From Takakia lepidozioides (Eukaryota > Plantae > Bryophyta): DNA of 64,000 nucleotides. Made by a program: the position numbers and the translations under genes. The DNA lies in NCBI GenBank assembly GCA_030704615.1, contig CM060733.1, positions 33,108,001-33,172,000 of the forward strand, in the 5' to 3' direction. Shown here in pieces: positions 26,354 to 36,959 of the stretch; within the stretch, counting starts at the first letter, position 1; the number at the start of each line of letters is the position of its first letter. Under the pieces are notes generated by a model. It was not told the origin of the DNA and searched no databases. It was given only the letters and a program-made list of their open reading frames with translations.

Positions 26354-29300
26354 ATGCCGAAGGGGAGGAAGCATATGCGTCTACAGGAGGAGATTGCCAT
26401 CTCCGAGCAGCAGGCCACTCAGGCAACCCAGCCACCAGTGAGAGCTCCATGCGATCGGGCTGCGCGCAGCTGATCGAGCACCGAACCCCCCATTTTGCTT
26501 CTGTAATTCTTAGACTGAATGCTAGGAGACTTGAATGCAGAACATGTTTGCATGCCTAACAGGAAAGGTGGACGTGCTGGAGGGATCGCAGGAATCCGAA
26601 GAGCCGCAGGAAGAGTCCGAGGAGCTAGCTGCAGCACGTACACCCACCCGATCCCCGAGCGCGGGTATTCCTGCCGGGCCTAGCCCTCTGCGATTCAAAG
26701 ACGCGGTCTTCGAAGGGCAAGTTCAAAGTCCCAGAGATCGACTCGCGTTCTTCGATCATGGAGAATCGCCAACAGGGGTCGGGCCCTTCTCCAGCAAAGT
26801 CGAAGAAGAAGCAGCACGTCCCTCCACTGGCTTCTGAACCGGCTCAGGCCGATTCACCCCCCCCAACGCGAATGAAGCAGCAGGGTAGAAAGACAGATTC
26901 AATTGCAGCAGACACCTTCACCTGCAAGGATGAGGAAGCAGAAGGCAATCAGGGCGACGGGCGAACAATCTCCCGCAAAACCGCTTCCACGAGCTGAAGC
27001 TCAGTTCCTGGAGGATTTCCCGCCTGCAGATGTTGGGGCCGACTCTGCTGCAGCGAAGGCAATGGGATCGACCGTTGATCTGATTTGGTACCGGAGGAGG
27101 GTGCTGCCGCTGAACGTTCGCAGCAGACCTCACCACCGATGGGCAAGCAGGCCCGGAGGAGGCCTCTGCAATGGCAGAATTGCCCGCAGACAGGCCCCAG
27201 AGTGCAGCTCCAGTTGAGGATGCTCCAGCTGCTCAGCCACTACCGGCACCTACAGACATGTCTCCGGAGGATTTCAAAAGTGCAGCGGATAAAATGTTGG
27301 AGGAGACACACAGTAGCATTGGCAGAGTTCTGGGCAGCAGGGTATTCCAGCGGACTCTTCGAATCCCACTCTGTCGCATGGTCTCCCTTCCCATCGTCAG
27401 GCAGGACCTTCCCGGAGATGTGGATAAGCTCAAGTTCGCATTTCGAGAAGGGTACCGTCTGGGATCGGCAGCGTTTTACGTTTCCATTGAGAATGAGGAC
27501 GGCGAAACTCGTGGACCCACTGCCGATGAATTGTCAACGTGGGATACCCACTGGCACACTCGCAACCACGAATTCGAGGCGACGCTGAAGGGTGATCCAG
27601 ACTTCGGCCATATGTCGGGTAAAATGTTCTTTGTGTGGGACGGGAATCACCGACTTCTCGCCTGGTGGGAGTACATCAAGCAGAACCATGCCAAGCACAT
27701 TGGCTGGCATTACATGGTGGAGTGTGTCATCCTCAAGGTGAAGGCGGCAGACTCCTCCCTGCTCAAGAATGCCATGGCGGACCTCAACTCGTAAGATACT
27801 CATACCCTCCCTAGCACGTTCGAAATGCGGTGCCGCATTTCGGTTTCCATTCTGGTTTGTTTCCGTGCTTCCGTGTACTGAACTGGAGAGTGTGCCTTGC
27901 AGGGTCACTGAGAATGCGTACGTGCATACCCACATGGCACACATGCTGTACAGGGTGAGGAAAACTGGTCTCACTGATCCGCAGATGTTTGCGGAAATGC
28001 TGGAGCCCGAGCTCATTCAGAAAGCCGTTGCAAAAACAGACCGGACATGGTATCGTCTCACTATGGATGGAATGGTGGAGGTGATATACGAAGTAAGTCG
28101 TCCTCCAATTTCCCTCTGCTCATCCTTCCCCAATTTTCAGTAATATTTCCACATGAATCGAATGTAACGCTTCTGCATGTTTTTGTTGGCAGTCAAACAT
28201 CAAGCTGGATTTGGCCCATGCCAAACGCTTCTTCATGGAAAGTGAGGGGCAGGTCAAAACGTTGCAGTCATTGACTGAGCACTTGAAGGAAGCCGGTGTC
28301 AAGTCCAGAACCAAATACAAGTCAAAGCTTGTGAAGCTGGTGGCAATTGCAGATCCGGCACTTGGAAAGACTTCATCCCCGAGATTGCAAAACACTATTC
28401 TCGGGCCATGCAGCCGACCATGCAATTGGAGAAACTGCATCACCTCTCAACGGCATGTGTGGAGGCGAAAGAGAAGGTGAGGTTTCAATGCACTGAAGTT
28501 CCTTCCTAGCAATAGCCACTCTCTTCCAGCTCCTGACATTGGATCGGAAATGGCAGACACGGTGGCTGTCGATCTGGAATGCATCCGAGAGCATAAGGAC
28601 AATGTGGTCTTTTCCACTCGAAGTTTCCGACCCTGCAGTGGATGTGTGGCTCAACCGTATGACTTGGTGGTTCCAGGTAATTCAAGGTACTTCCCCAGAT
28701 TTGCTTTTCTGACATGAATTCCCTGAACTGCTACGTGACAATGGATTTGGGAATCGCAGGTAATGTCGAATGCGAAGGAGCAAGTCGTAATGCACACAAA
28801 TTCGTTCGGCTTGTACGTCAAATGGGATGGAACACAGACATTGGAAGACTACGTGACACGTTTCAGATGTGCGTACAAGGACAACCTTTTCGCCAGAGAG
28901 CTACAGACAGCAAGAAGGAGCGTGGAGTTTACACATCAGGAGGGAGCGGGGAAAGCTGCAATGCGAATTGTTTACAGGTGAAGCACAGCTGCCCTTGTAT
29001 GCGAAGCCTGGTTACGAGGTTTGTCTCGGAAATGCGGCACCGCATTCGCATTTTATGTTTTCGGTGGCACTCTGCCAGTAGGTTGGTCTCAACTTTTGCT
29101 CACGCATGCTGACTGCCTTGCAGGTATATGAAATACGTGCTCCTTCAGACAGGGGCCCTGGCTCAAGAGCCCCCGTTCTTCATGGCTTGGACCGTGGCGG
29201 GCCCAAGCTGTGTCTACACACCCGAGATGCAGAAACAATGGCATCCCGCGCATCTCGTTGGATGCCCGTGGTACCTGGACATGTCTGGCGGTATTGTTGA

Positions 29301-31474
29301 CGAGTCTGAGAAAGATCTGCACGCCTTGGCAGAAGAGAAGAGAAAGGAAAGACTTGTCCCTGCTGGGCCAAAGTCGGCAAATGAATCTGCTGCTCTGGAA
29401 GAATCCAGAAAGGCAGCTGAGATGGCACAAAAGACGGTGGATGCAGCTGTGCAGGCCCAACAGAAGGGGTCGAAGAAGAGGACTCGCCAGCAAGGAGCAG
29501 CTGTTGTGACACCCGCCAAAACGAAGAAGCAGAAACAGCCTGTTCAGGAAGAGGGTGAGGAAGAGGACTCCGATGGAGACTTTGCAACCAGCCCACCCCC
29601 CCAAACGCAGGCTGCCTCCCCTGTGCCCACCGTTGTCACGAGAGGCACGAGAACTGGCTCGGCAAAGAAGGCACTCTTCAACCCCCCAGGGGGGCACCCT
29701 TTCGAGCCGGTGGAAATGAAGAGGCCAAAGTGGCTCCCGAAACAGTAGTCCAGTGTGTAAATGAGAGTTTCTTGGCGGCTTTGGATGGACGGGCAGCCAA
29801 GTTGGCATACATGAAGACCATGGAGGGTCTGAAGGGCAGAGCACTGAAGAAGGCGACTGCCGAAGAGCCTTCCGACACCCCAGGATTTCAGAATATGGTC
29901 TCGTTCTTTGAGAGGGTGTGTGCAGACAAGGATTGTAGGAGGGGCGGAAATGCCACCGAGTGGTCTTGCGATATGATCATCTTGGATATTCCGGACGGAG
30001 AGCCTGTGGAAGGACTGCAAGCTTTGCCATCTTGGAACAGGTACTCGGAGGACTTTTGGAAGAAAGGATTCGGGCTCGCCCGCATGGTGTTGGACGACAG
30101 AGGCTGTGTGGTTGTCCTGGCGAGCAGAGGAAAAAACACTCAGACAGGAATTGCGAAGTGGACCCGCAAGAGCGCCGTCCCGATTCTGAAAAAGAAGTGG
30201 ACGTGCATCAACACACTGGGCCTTCGGTCGGAAGGGAAGAAGGTGATTACGACACTGGCACTCGTCCATTCATTTGCTTGGGTGTTTTCAAATGCGGTGC
30301 CGCATTCGGTTTCTAATCGTTTTCCCCCTGTGTATGCAGACGAAGCAGTTCGATGCATACTGCTTTGTGAAGGAGAACTCCACCTTTGCTTTCCGGAAGG
30401 AGGGAGGAAAGGTTGACCCGAACTGCGACCCACTCGATTACGACGTTCTGTTCAACAACGTTCCCAAGGAACTTCTCCCTCATAGCCTCACTTCAACGGA
30501 ACCCCTGCGGTACTCACGGACTCGGAGCCCTGCCTTCATCAGACAATTATGGAGACATGCACAGACGTGGAGGGCACAGTGCTCGACCTCATCTGTGGGA
30601 CAGGTATGCAGAATCTTGATCTATGTTGTTCTGCAAATTCTCGTTAGGATGTAGTTCGCAACATCTGAAGCGCCATGTGGTAATGGGTGGATGGCATTGT
30701 AACAGGTGCCTCAATGTGGGCTGGGCGGTTTTCCGACCGGCACCTCTTTGCCTACGAGGAGGATTCATCCGTGTGGGGATCCCATCTGGAGGGGCTGCAA
30801 CGGAATGTGAAGGCTCCCGACAGAGCGGAAGTCTCCTCGGATTCGTCGGAGTCCGAGGAAGACACAGTGGACATTGATGCCGAGGAGAACCCGGAATACG
30901 AGTGAGTGCAAACATTGTAAGTTTGCAAAGCCTTCTGGGTCATTTATGTCAAACGAATTTCCCGACTGTGGTTCTCATTTGTCTCGTTGATGATTGTCAT
31001 GTGCAGGATTGCAGGGTCCGGGTCGAAACATGTAGGGCCTACACTTCCTGCCAGGAAGAATGTCCCGTTCTTTGCGAGGGCCGACTTCATGACGAGCCCG
31101 GTGAGGGACTACTCCCTTCCTAGTTATGCAGCTAAACTCGCAAATACAGCGATTAGAAGAAGTGAGAATCCCAGTAAGTAGAGCAGATTTTGGAGAGGGC
31201 TAGGGAGGACAGAAGGATAAGGAAAGAGTTGGCAGCAGCTCAGACAGGTAGACGGGTACGAAAGTACATATGTGATTCAGCGGATGAGAGCGACGCAGAC
31301 AGGGAGGAAGACGACCCAACGGAGGTGAGATGGACAGTTCCGCAAGGGGAAGATGGGATTTTCGAAAGCCTGGCCAACGAGCAGTCCGCTGGAGATGAGA
31401 AAGGCACTGAGGGGGTGGAGGCGGAGCAAGACAGTCTAGAACAGGATGAGGATTCGGATGATTTTCAAGATTAA
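26354..31474 (+). CDS. Multi-exon ParB/Srx-like domain + beta-class (N4C/N6A-type) DNA methyltransferase-fold protein; a few frameshifts
   Basis: ParB-like FFVWDGNHRLLAW (~27627-27665); motif IV-like CDMIILDIP (~29970-29993); ARMVLDDRGCVVV; motif X-I RSPAFIRQL/METCTDVEGTVLDLICGT|GASMWAGRFSDRHLFAYEED (30523-30760, intron ~30604-30705); about 8 GT-AG introns. Confidence 0.8.
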
Positions 31475-31609
31475 TAGAATTTTAATGAAGTCTCTGTAAA
31501 TGTAAATTCTCTTCCAGAGTATATAAAGGAAATTCTGCCAGACATTCGTGACCCCTCTCCAGTGTGCATTCCAGCCACACAATCGCTCAAACCACGACGC
31601 TCCCAAAAT

Positions 31610-32302
31610 CAGAAATGGTGCACCGCATTTCCAAAATTTTGGCAACTCTAAGAACCTCTTTTGGAAATGCGGCACCGCATTTCCAAAACAGGGGAGGGAC
31701 TAAGTTTTCCATTTCAATGTTGGCATAGTAAAAAGTAATCGGCCGATTGGAAATGCGGTGCCGCATTTCCAAAATTTCCTTTGTCCACACGCCAGTTTTG
31801 GCCTCTCCCGCTCATTGCATGGATGCCACCACGCTTACAGAGGTCGAACAAGGAGGTCGAGATGGCGGAATTGAAAATGCGGTGCCGCATTTCAGTATTG
31901 GGGATGGTCGTTGTTCGAACTGCAGGCCCATCAGCAAAAATTGGAACCGCATTCCATTGTAAAAAAAAAATCGATGACGGACATGGAAATGCGGCGCCGC
32001 ATTTCCAGAACGGACATCGCAATTTGTCCATTTGCAGACCCTCTCTCGGAAATGCGGTAACGCATTCCATCGCGCTGGTCGGAAATGTCACACTTTTCGA
32101 AGTGTTGGACGGAAATGCGGCACCGCATTCCCTTGTCCAAAAAGAAGTTTCCATTGCCAAGCTGAAAATGCGTCGCCGCATTTGCAATGCCAACCTCGTT
32201 TTCTGACCAATTTATAGACCCGTGTTGGTATTTCGTGTACCTGGACGGAAATGATGCACCGCATTTTCTTGTCCCACATGGAAATGCGGCGCCGCATTTC
32301 AA
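31610..32302. repeat. Second cluster (~10-11 copies) of the same palindrome, irregular spacing
   Basis: For example 31663, 31749, 31985, 32111, 32280. Confidence 0.9.
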
Positions 32303-32557
32303 TGTCCGACATGGCGTTACTCTGGTATATTCTTGACACATGACTCACATACCGGTTACTCTGCTATATTCATCCGGACAGACACATTGTAGAAATGAGA
32401 CATCAAATTGTAAACAGTGGGCCAATTCCGACAGTTATTCAACACAATGAAACACAATCATACAGAAGTGAGGTACGATGGGTTTATTGATCGGACACGA
32501 TGTCTCACATTTACCAACTGCAGACAAAACTAAGCCCTTCCTCCTTCTACATGGGCT

Positions 32558-33136
32558 TCACCAAGTCGACGGAACTTCGATACCCCTCAAAACAAGCTCA
32601 TCACTGCTGCGGCACCTCGAGGTAAACTGCAATGCGGTCGTTCTGCTGCCCTTGCTGGAGCCGACGACAATGTCATGTCCTTCAATGATACCACCATCAT
32701 ACATTGACAAGGTCACTGTGGGCCTCATGTGCCCGTGCGATTCGTCTTCGCAACGCAGCCGAATGTCTCCATACACTGGAAGAGCGGAGTGATCTGCACG
32801 TATATAGTTTTCCCCGGTGCCGTCCTCCCTGGTCCACTGGCAGCAGTTCCAGCGCCAAAGCGAGGCCGTGCGTGATCTATCCGGCATCCCTTTCCAGCTT
32901 GGTATATCGAGGTCAACAATTTTCAGGACCCACGGACCGCATTGACCCTCGCCCTCACCTCGCTCAAAGCGGTAATAGCCCTCCAGATACTCCATTGCGC
33001 GCAAAGACTCTTGCTTGATTCCAGCAGCGTCTGTGAAAACAGAGAGCCAGACAATGATGTCTCCTGATTCTGGTTTGAACATAGCATAATCGTGGCCATG
33101 ATAAGGGCAGTCGGCTGGATTTCGGCGGCACGACAT
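32558..33136 (-). CDS. Unknown protein A (~192 aa), paralogue of B
   Basis: Intact ORF from ATG 33136 (MSCRRNPADCPY..); shares DYAM..SGDI..W, RWNCC.W, YGDIR, DGG.IEG.DIVV and ELVLR..EVP with B. Confidence 0.75.
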   Translation of the reverse strand: MSCRRNPADCPYHGHDYAMFKPESGDIIVWLSVFTDAAGIKQESLRAMEYLEGYYRFERGEGEGQCGPWVLKIVDLDIPSWKGMPDRSRTASLWRWNCCQWTREDGTGENYIRADHSALPVYGDIRLRCEDESHGHMRPTVTLSMYDGGIIEGHDIVVGSSKGSRTTALQFTSRCRSSDELVLRGIEVPSTW

Positions 33137-33686
33137 CCTTGAAAAAGAGTCGCGGAGTACGCTCAATGACAGCAGCTCCCGGATGGAGGAGGAGGACCGC
33201 GGTGGCTGGAAAAAGTTCAAGCTAACGCTGCAATTCCTCACAAACACTCCAGGGCACATTTAAATTTCCCCCCTACAGGATCCTGGACCGATGAAGATTG
33301 GCTGCTGCATGAATGTAGCCGTTTCAGTTTCCTACCCTGCCATGCAAACTATGAGCAGTCACTGCCAGGTGGGCCGATAGCCACTGGACACGACGAAGTC
33401 CATCCCCTCTTCGATGTAAATGCGGCGCCGAATTTCCATCCGGGGGGATGGACTTCCGTGGCAGATCTCAAATTATAACTTGTTGATGAGAAAGATGTAT
33501 GGGTTCATCCACCGCTGGCGTGATGAACACGTTCCACCTCCGTCGGTGGGTACGTGTGACCCAGATGCTCCATTATTGGAGGCCGGACTGCTCTTCCGCT
33601 TCACATCATTTCCAAAATCTAAGGGCTTCGTAGCTGTCCGCAAGGTCATCGGCATCCAAGTCGTCCTCAGGTCCTCCTTTGCAAGG

Positions 33687-34250
33687 ATGCCGTGCTTCCG
33701 GAACCGGGACGACTGCCCATTTGGAGGCATCGATTATGCAATGTATTCGGCCACATCGGGAGACATTGTTATCTGGTACACAGATTACACAGAAGATACT
33801 GGTTCGATTGTGGAAACATTGGTGGCTTTTGAGTATATCGTAGGCCACTACGCCTTCGAGCGGGGTGACGATCTTGGTCTGAGGAGTCCGTGGCTCCTGC
33901 GCATCCTCGATTCCGATTTTCCCAGCTACGACGGTCACCCATGCAGAAGAAGGCGCACTGCTATGCTGTTGCGGTGGAACTGCTGCCACTGGACGTGGGT
34001 GGACTCCATCGGAGAGACCTATTCTCCTCAAGGAGTGCGCTCCTCTTCTCCATTGTATGGGGACATTCGCATTGGTGTGGACGACGAAAACGTGAAGATT
34101 TCCATATTCGATGGTGGTATGATTGAAGGGCAGGACATTGTGGTGAACATCACTAGGGGCGGTACAACGGCTGCAATCGACTTTACATGGAGGAGCCCCA
34201 TGACTCATGAGCTAGTTCTGAGAGCAGTCGAAGTCCCATTGACAACGTGA
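33687..34250 (+). CDS. Unknown protein B (~187 aa), paralogue of A
   Basis: Intact ORF from ATG 33687 (MPCFRNRDDCPF..); aligns end to end with A. Confidence 0.75.
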   Translation: MPCFRNRDDCPFGGIDYAMYSATSGDIVIWYTDYTEDTGSIVETLVAFEYIVGHYAFERGDDLGLRSPWLLRILDSDFPSYDGHPCRRRRTAMLLRWNCCHWTWVDSIGETYSPQGVRSSSPLYGDIRIGVDDENVKISIFDGGMIEGQDIVVNITRGGTTAAIDFTWRSPMTHELVLRAVEVPLTT

Positions 34251-34659
34251 CTTGTATTCAGTAGGCACAGGGCTCAAGATTTGATGGCACAATCAGCACA
34301 GTAGACGTGCTTCAAATGCAATTCATGTGGATCAATAAAAACCTCATTGTGCCCTCTTTTTATTCTATTTTGTGTCCATCGTTCCGAGAATGCGTCATTG
34401 CTCATTTCGTTTGGGATTGGGAGTGTGGGTGGATTTTGCAAATGGCTGGTAGGCTGAAATGGGCCCCCATTGTACAGAGCAGTACCACCCTACCATTCGC
34501 GAAACATTGCCTTTCAATATATAATTCTAAATAACATTGCCGAACCTCCTTCATCGGGAGGTCCTTCTCCCCCTATGACCGTGGCACCCTAAACCCTATT
34601 CCCGCGGACACTCATTTCCGGAAAATAGTGCTGCTCATGTTTTTTTCCACACTTACGAC

Positions 34660-34713
34660 TCTGCTCATGGCTCATGCCGCTCATGGCTCATGGCTCATGA
34701 AATAGCAGCCCCC
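34660..34713 (-). repeat. Right TIR with (GCTCATG)n repeats
   Basis: Inverted counterpart of 19362-19430. Confidence 0.9.
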
Positions 34714-34958
34714 GTGCAGCACTCCACAATCGTTTGAATGAAAGCTGGGCTCCTCTCCCTGGCCCCTCTCCAAAGAACCCCATTCCCCCTTTGCAAGCAG
34801 ACGTTGTTGTCCACGTAGTTGTGGTGCATGTCATCCGTGGGAGGATCTGTCCTCTCGTCTATGAACTTGCGCCCATGAGTGATGGCAAACTCCCTAATGA
34901 CGGCTGGAGTCGTAGGTGGGTGCACTCGGACGAGACAAACAACTTCAAACAAAAGTGT
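34714..34958 (-). pseudogene. Upstream exon part of the host element's methyltransferase gene
   Basis: cag|TLLFEVVCLVR..DPPTDDMHHNYV..WRGARERSPAFIQTIVECCT matches the inner exon cag|TKQFDAYCFVK..DPLDYDVLFNNV..YSRTRSPAFIRQL. Confidence 0.85.
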
Positions 34959-35084
34959 CTGCGAACAGGACATCCAGAAGGATCTAAGAAGCTTGAAAAC
35001 TAGGCACCTACATATTCATTTGAGCGAATTATGCAACTCCATCCGAGAACCACCAAGAAAATGAACAAAAAGGCAGATTTACAA

Positions 35085-36140
35085 ACAAAAAACCGGAAAG
35101 GGGGGCACAAACAAAGTGCGTTGCCGCAGACTGTTTGGTGCTTCCAACTACGGGTGTTTTGAACTTGGCACACTGGCCCTGTGTGGCACATTTAGACATC
35201 AAACATGGCCCATTTTGAAATAAAAAAACAGGCACAGAAGGGGCCACAAACAGTGTGCTTTGAAGCACACTGTTTGGGGCTTCCAATTTGGGGTATTTTG
35301 AGCATGCCATACTGGCCCTTTTGTGGCCCATTTTGAAGTAAAAAAACAACCGGAAAGGGGGACACAAATAGTGTGCGTTGCCGCACACTGTTTGGTGCTT
35401 CCAACTACGGGTGTTTTGAACTTGGCACACTAGCCCTGTGTGGCACATTTAGACATCAAATATGGCCCATTTTGAAATTAAAAAAACAGGCACAGAGGGG
35501 GCCACAAACAGTGTGCTTTGAAGCACATTGTTTGGGGCCTCCAATTAGGGGTATTTTGAGCAGGGCATACTGGCCCTTTGTGGCCCATTTTGAAATAAAA
35601 AAACAACCGGAAATGGTGGCCCAAACAGTGTGCGTTGCCGCACAATGTTTGGGGCTTCCAATTAGGGGTATTTTGAGCATGGCATACTGGCCTTTTGTGG
35701 CCCATTTTGAAGTAAAAAACAACCGGAAAGGGGGGCACAAACAGTGTGTGTTGCCGCACACTGTTTGGTGCTTCCAACTACAGGTGTTTTGAACTTGGCA
35801 CACTAGCCCTGTGTGGCACATTTAGACATCAAATATGGCCCATTTTGAAATAAAAAAACAGGCACAGAGGGGGCCACAAACAGTGTGCTTTGAAGCACAT
35901 TGTTTAGGGCCTCCAATTAGGGGTATTTTGAGCAGGGCATACTGGCCCTTTGTGGCCCATTTTGAAATAAAAAAACAACTGGAAATGGGGGCCCAAACAG
36001 TGTGCGTTGCTGCACACTGTTTGGTGCTTCCAACTACGGGTGTTTTGAACTTGGCACACTGGCCTACTGTGGCACATTTACACATCAAAACACAACCAAA
36101 AAGGGGGGCACAAATAGTGTGCGTTGCCGAAACCATTGGT
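35085..36140. repeat. Tandem array with ~9 copies of a 30-bp palindrome CAAACAGTGTGC-N6-GCACACTGTTTG, 117/140-bp spacing
   Basis: Copies near 35108, 35247, 35365, 35505, 35622, 35738, 35877, 35994 and 36111. Confidence 0.9.
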
Positions 36141-36179
36141 TGGCAGGATCAGTAGTTACCCCTGGCACTGCAGCATCGG

Positions 36180-36820
36180 TCGTGCAGCAGAATGACACAG
36201 ATCATGTGAAACGCGAGGTGAGCATATCCACTACATTCGTGACTCTTTCAGACTCGTCCTCGGAGGATGTTTCTGAGATTCCTCTGCCAATCCAGACTCC
36301 ATTCTTGGATGATGACGAATTGCAGGAGATAACGAGTGTCATTCCGAAATTGAAAGCCCTTATAGGGGTGCTTGGGTGCAAGAGCGAGCTGCATTTTGTT
36401 GATTGGGAGTCCCTTCGGGTGCAGAGGGTTCAATATGGAGTAGCAGAGTTTGACAGGGACATTTTGTTTGAGCTCCACCCTCCCACGTCTTCCAGTGGAC
36501 TAGCTGGGCTTCTGCAGGGCATGGACAAGAAACATGACGGACACGGTTCAATAGGGAGCGCACATGCCTCTTCCATTGGAGTCAATCTCTGGCACGTCAT
36601 ACAAAGCGTTGCATTCGACCTTACCTTCAGTTGGAGCACAGAAGGCTTTTTCTTGAGTACAAAAATGCCACCTCAATGGGAGAAGCTGCACTTACCAAGC
36701 AATCCGGGCTTGGTGGTTCTCCTCTGGTGCTGCTAGTGGGATCCAGCTGAAGGAGTTGGAGGACTAGTTGGTTTTCTGGCACTTCAGGTACAGACAATGG
36801 GGAGCTTTCATGACGACGGT
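36180..36820 (+). pseudogene. Internally deleted transposase of the same MULE family (host element)
   Basis: DILFELHPP..LQGMDKKHDGH matches NVIFEFPP..LTDMDRKHDGH; AWWFSSGA..FWHFRYRQWG matches AWWNTSGA..WWHFRYRQFG. Confidence 0.8.
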
Positions 36821-36959
36821 ATGCCTTTTCAATCCCAGAAACAAAAATTTCACTTTGCATCGTGCCTGTTCCTTTGGGCTTGTTGGATTGTCACTTGCAG
36901 AACCTCTTCCATTTCCTTTCGTTCCTCACATTTGCGTTCAATGCCTCCTGTAGGACATA

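Larger units (their letters stand above)
19362..34713. mobile_element. Mutator-like DNA transposon (15,352 bp) with ParB-methyltransferase cargo
   Basis: Perfect 9-bp TSD GTGCAGCAC (19353-61, 34714-22); termini GAGGTTTACTATTTCATGAGC and, inverted, GGGGGCTGCTATTTCATGAGC; internal MULE transposase; excision restores the host reading frame. Confidence 0.95.

Noticed and set aside
26354-31474. Bacterial or phage contamination as the source of the ParB-MTase
   Set aside because: The gene has spliceosomal introns and lies within a TIR/TSD element nested in plant sequence
36788-36795. GTACAGAC matching the 8 bp after the hAT right end (38623-30)
   Set aside because: Not followed by a TIR and lies within transposase-coding remnant; likely chance
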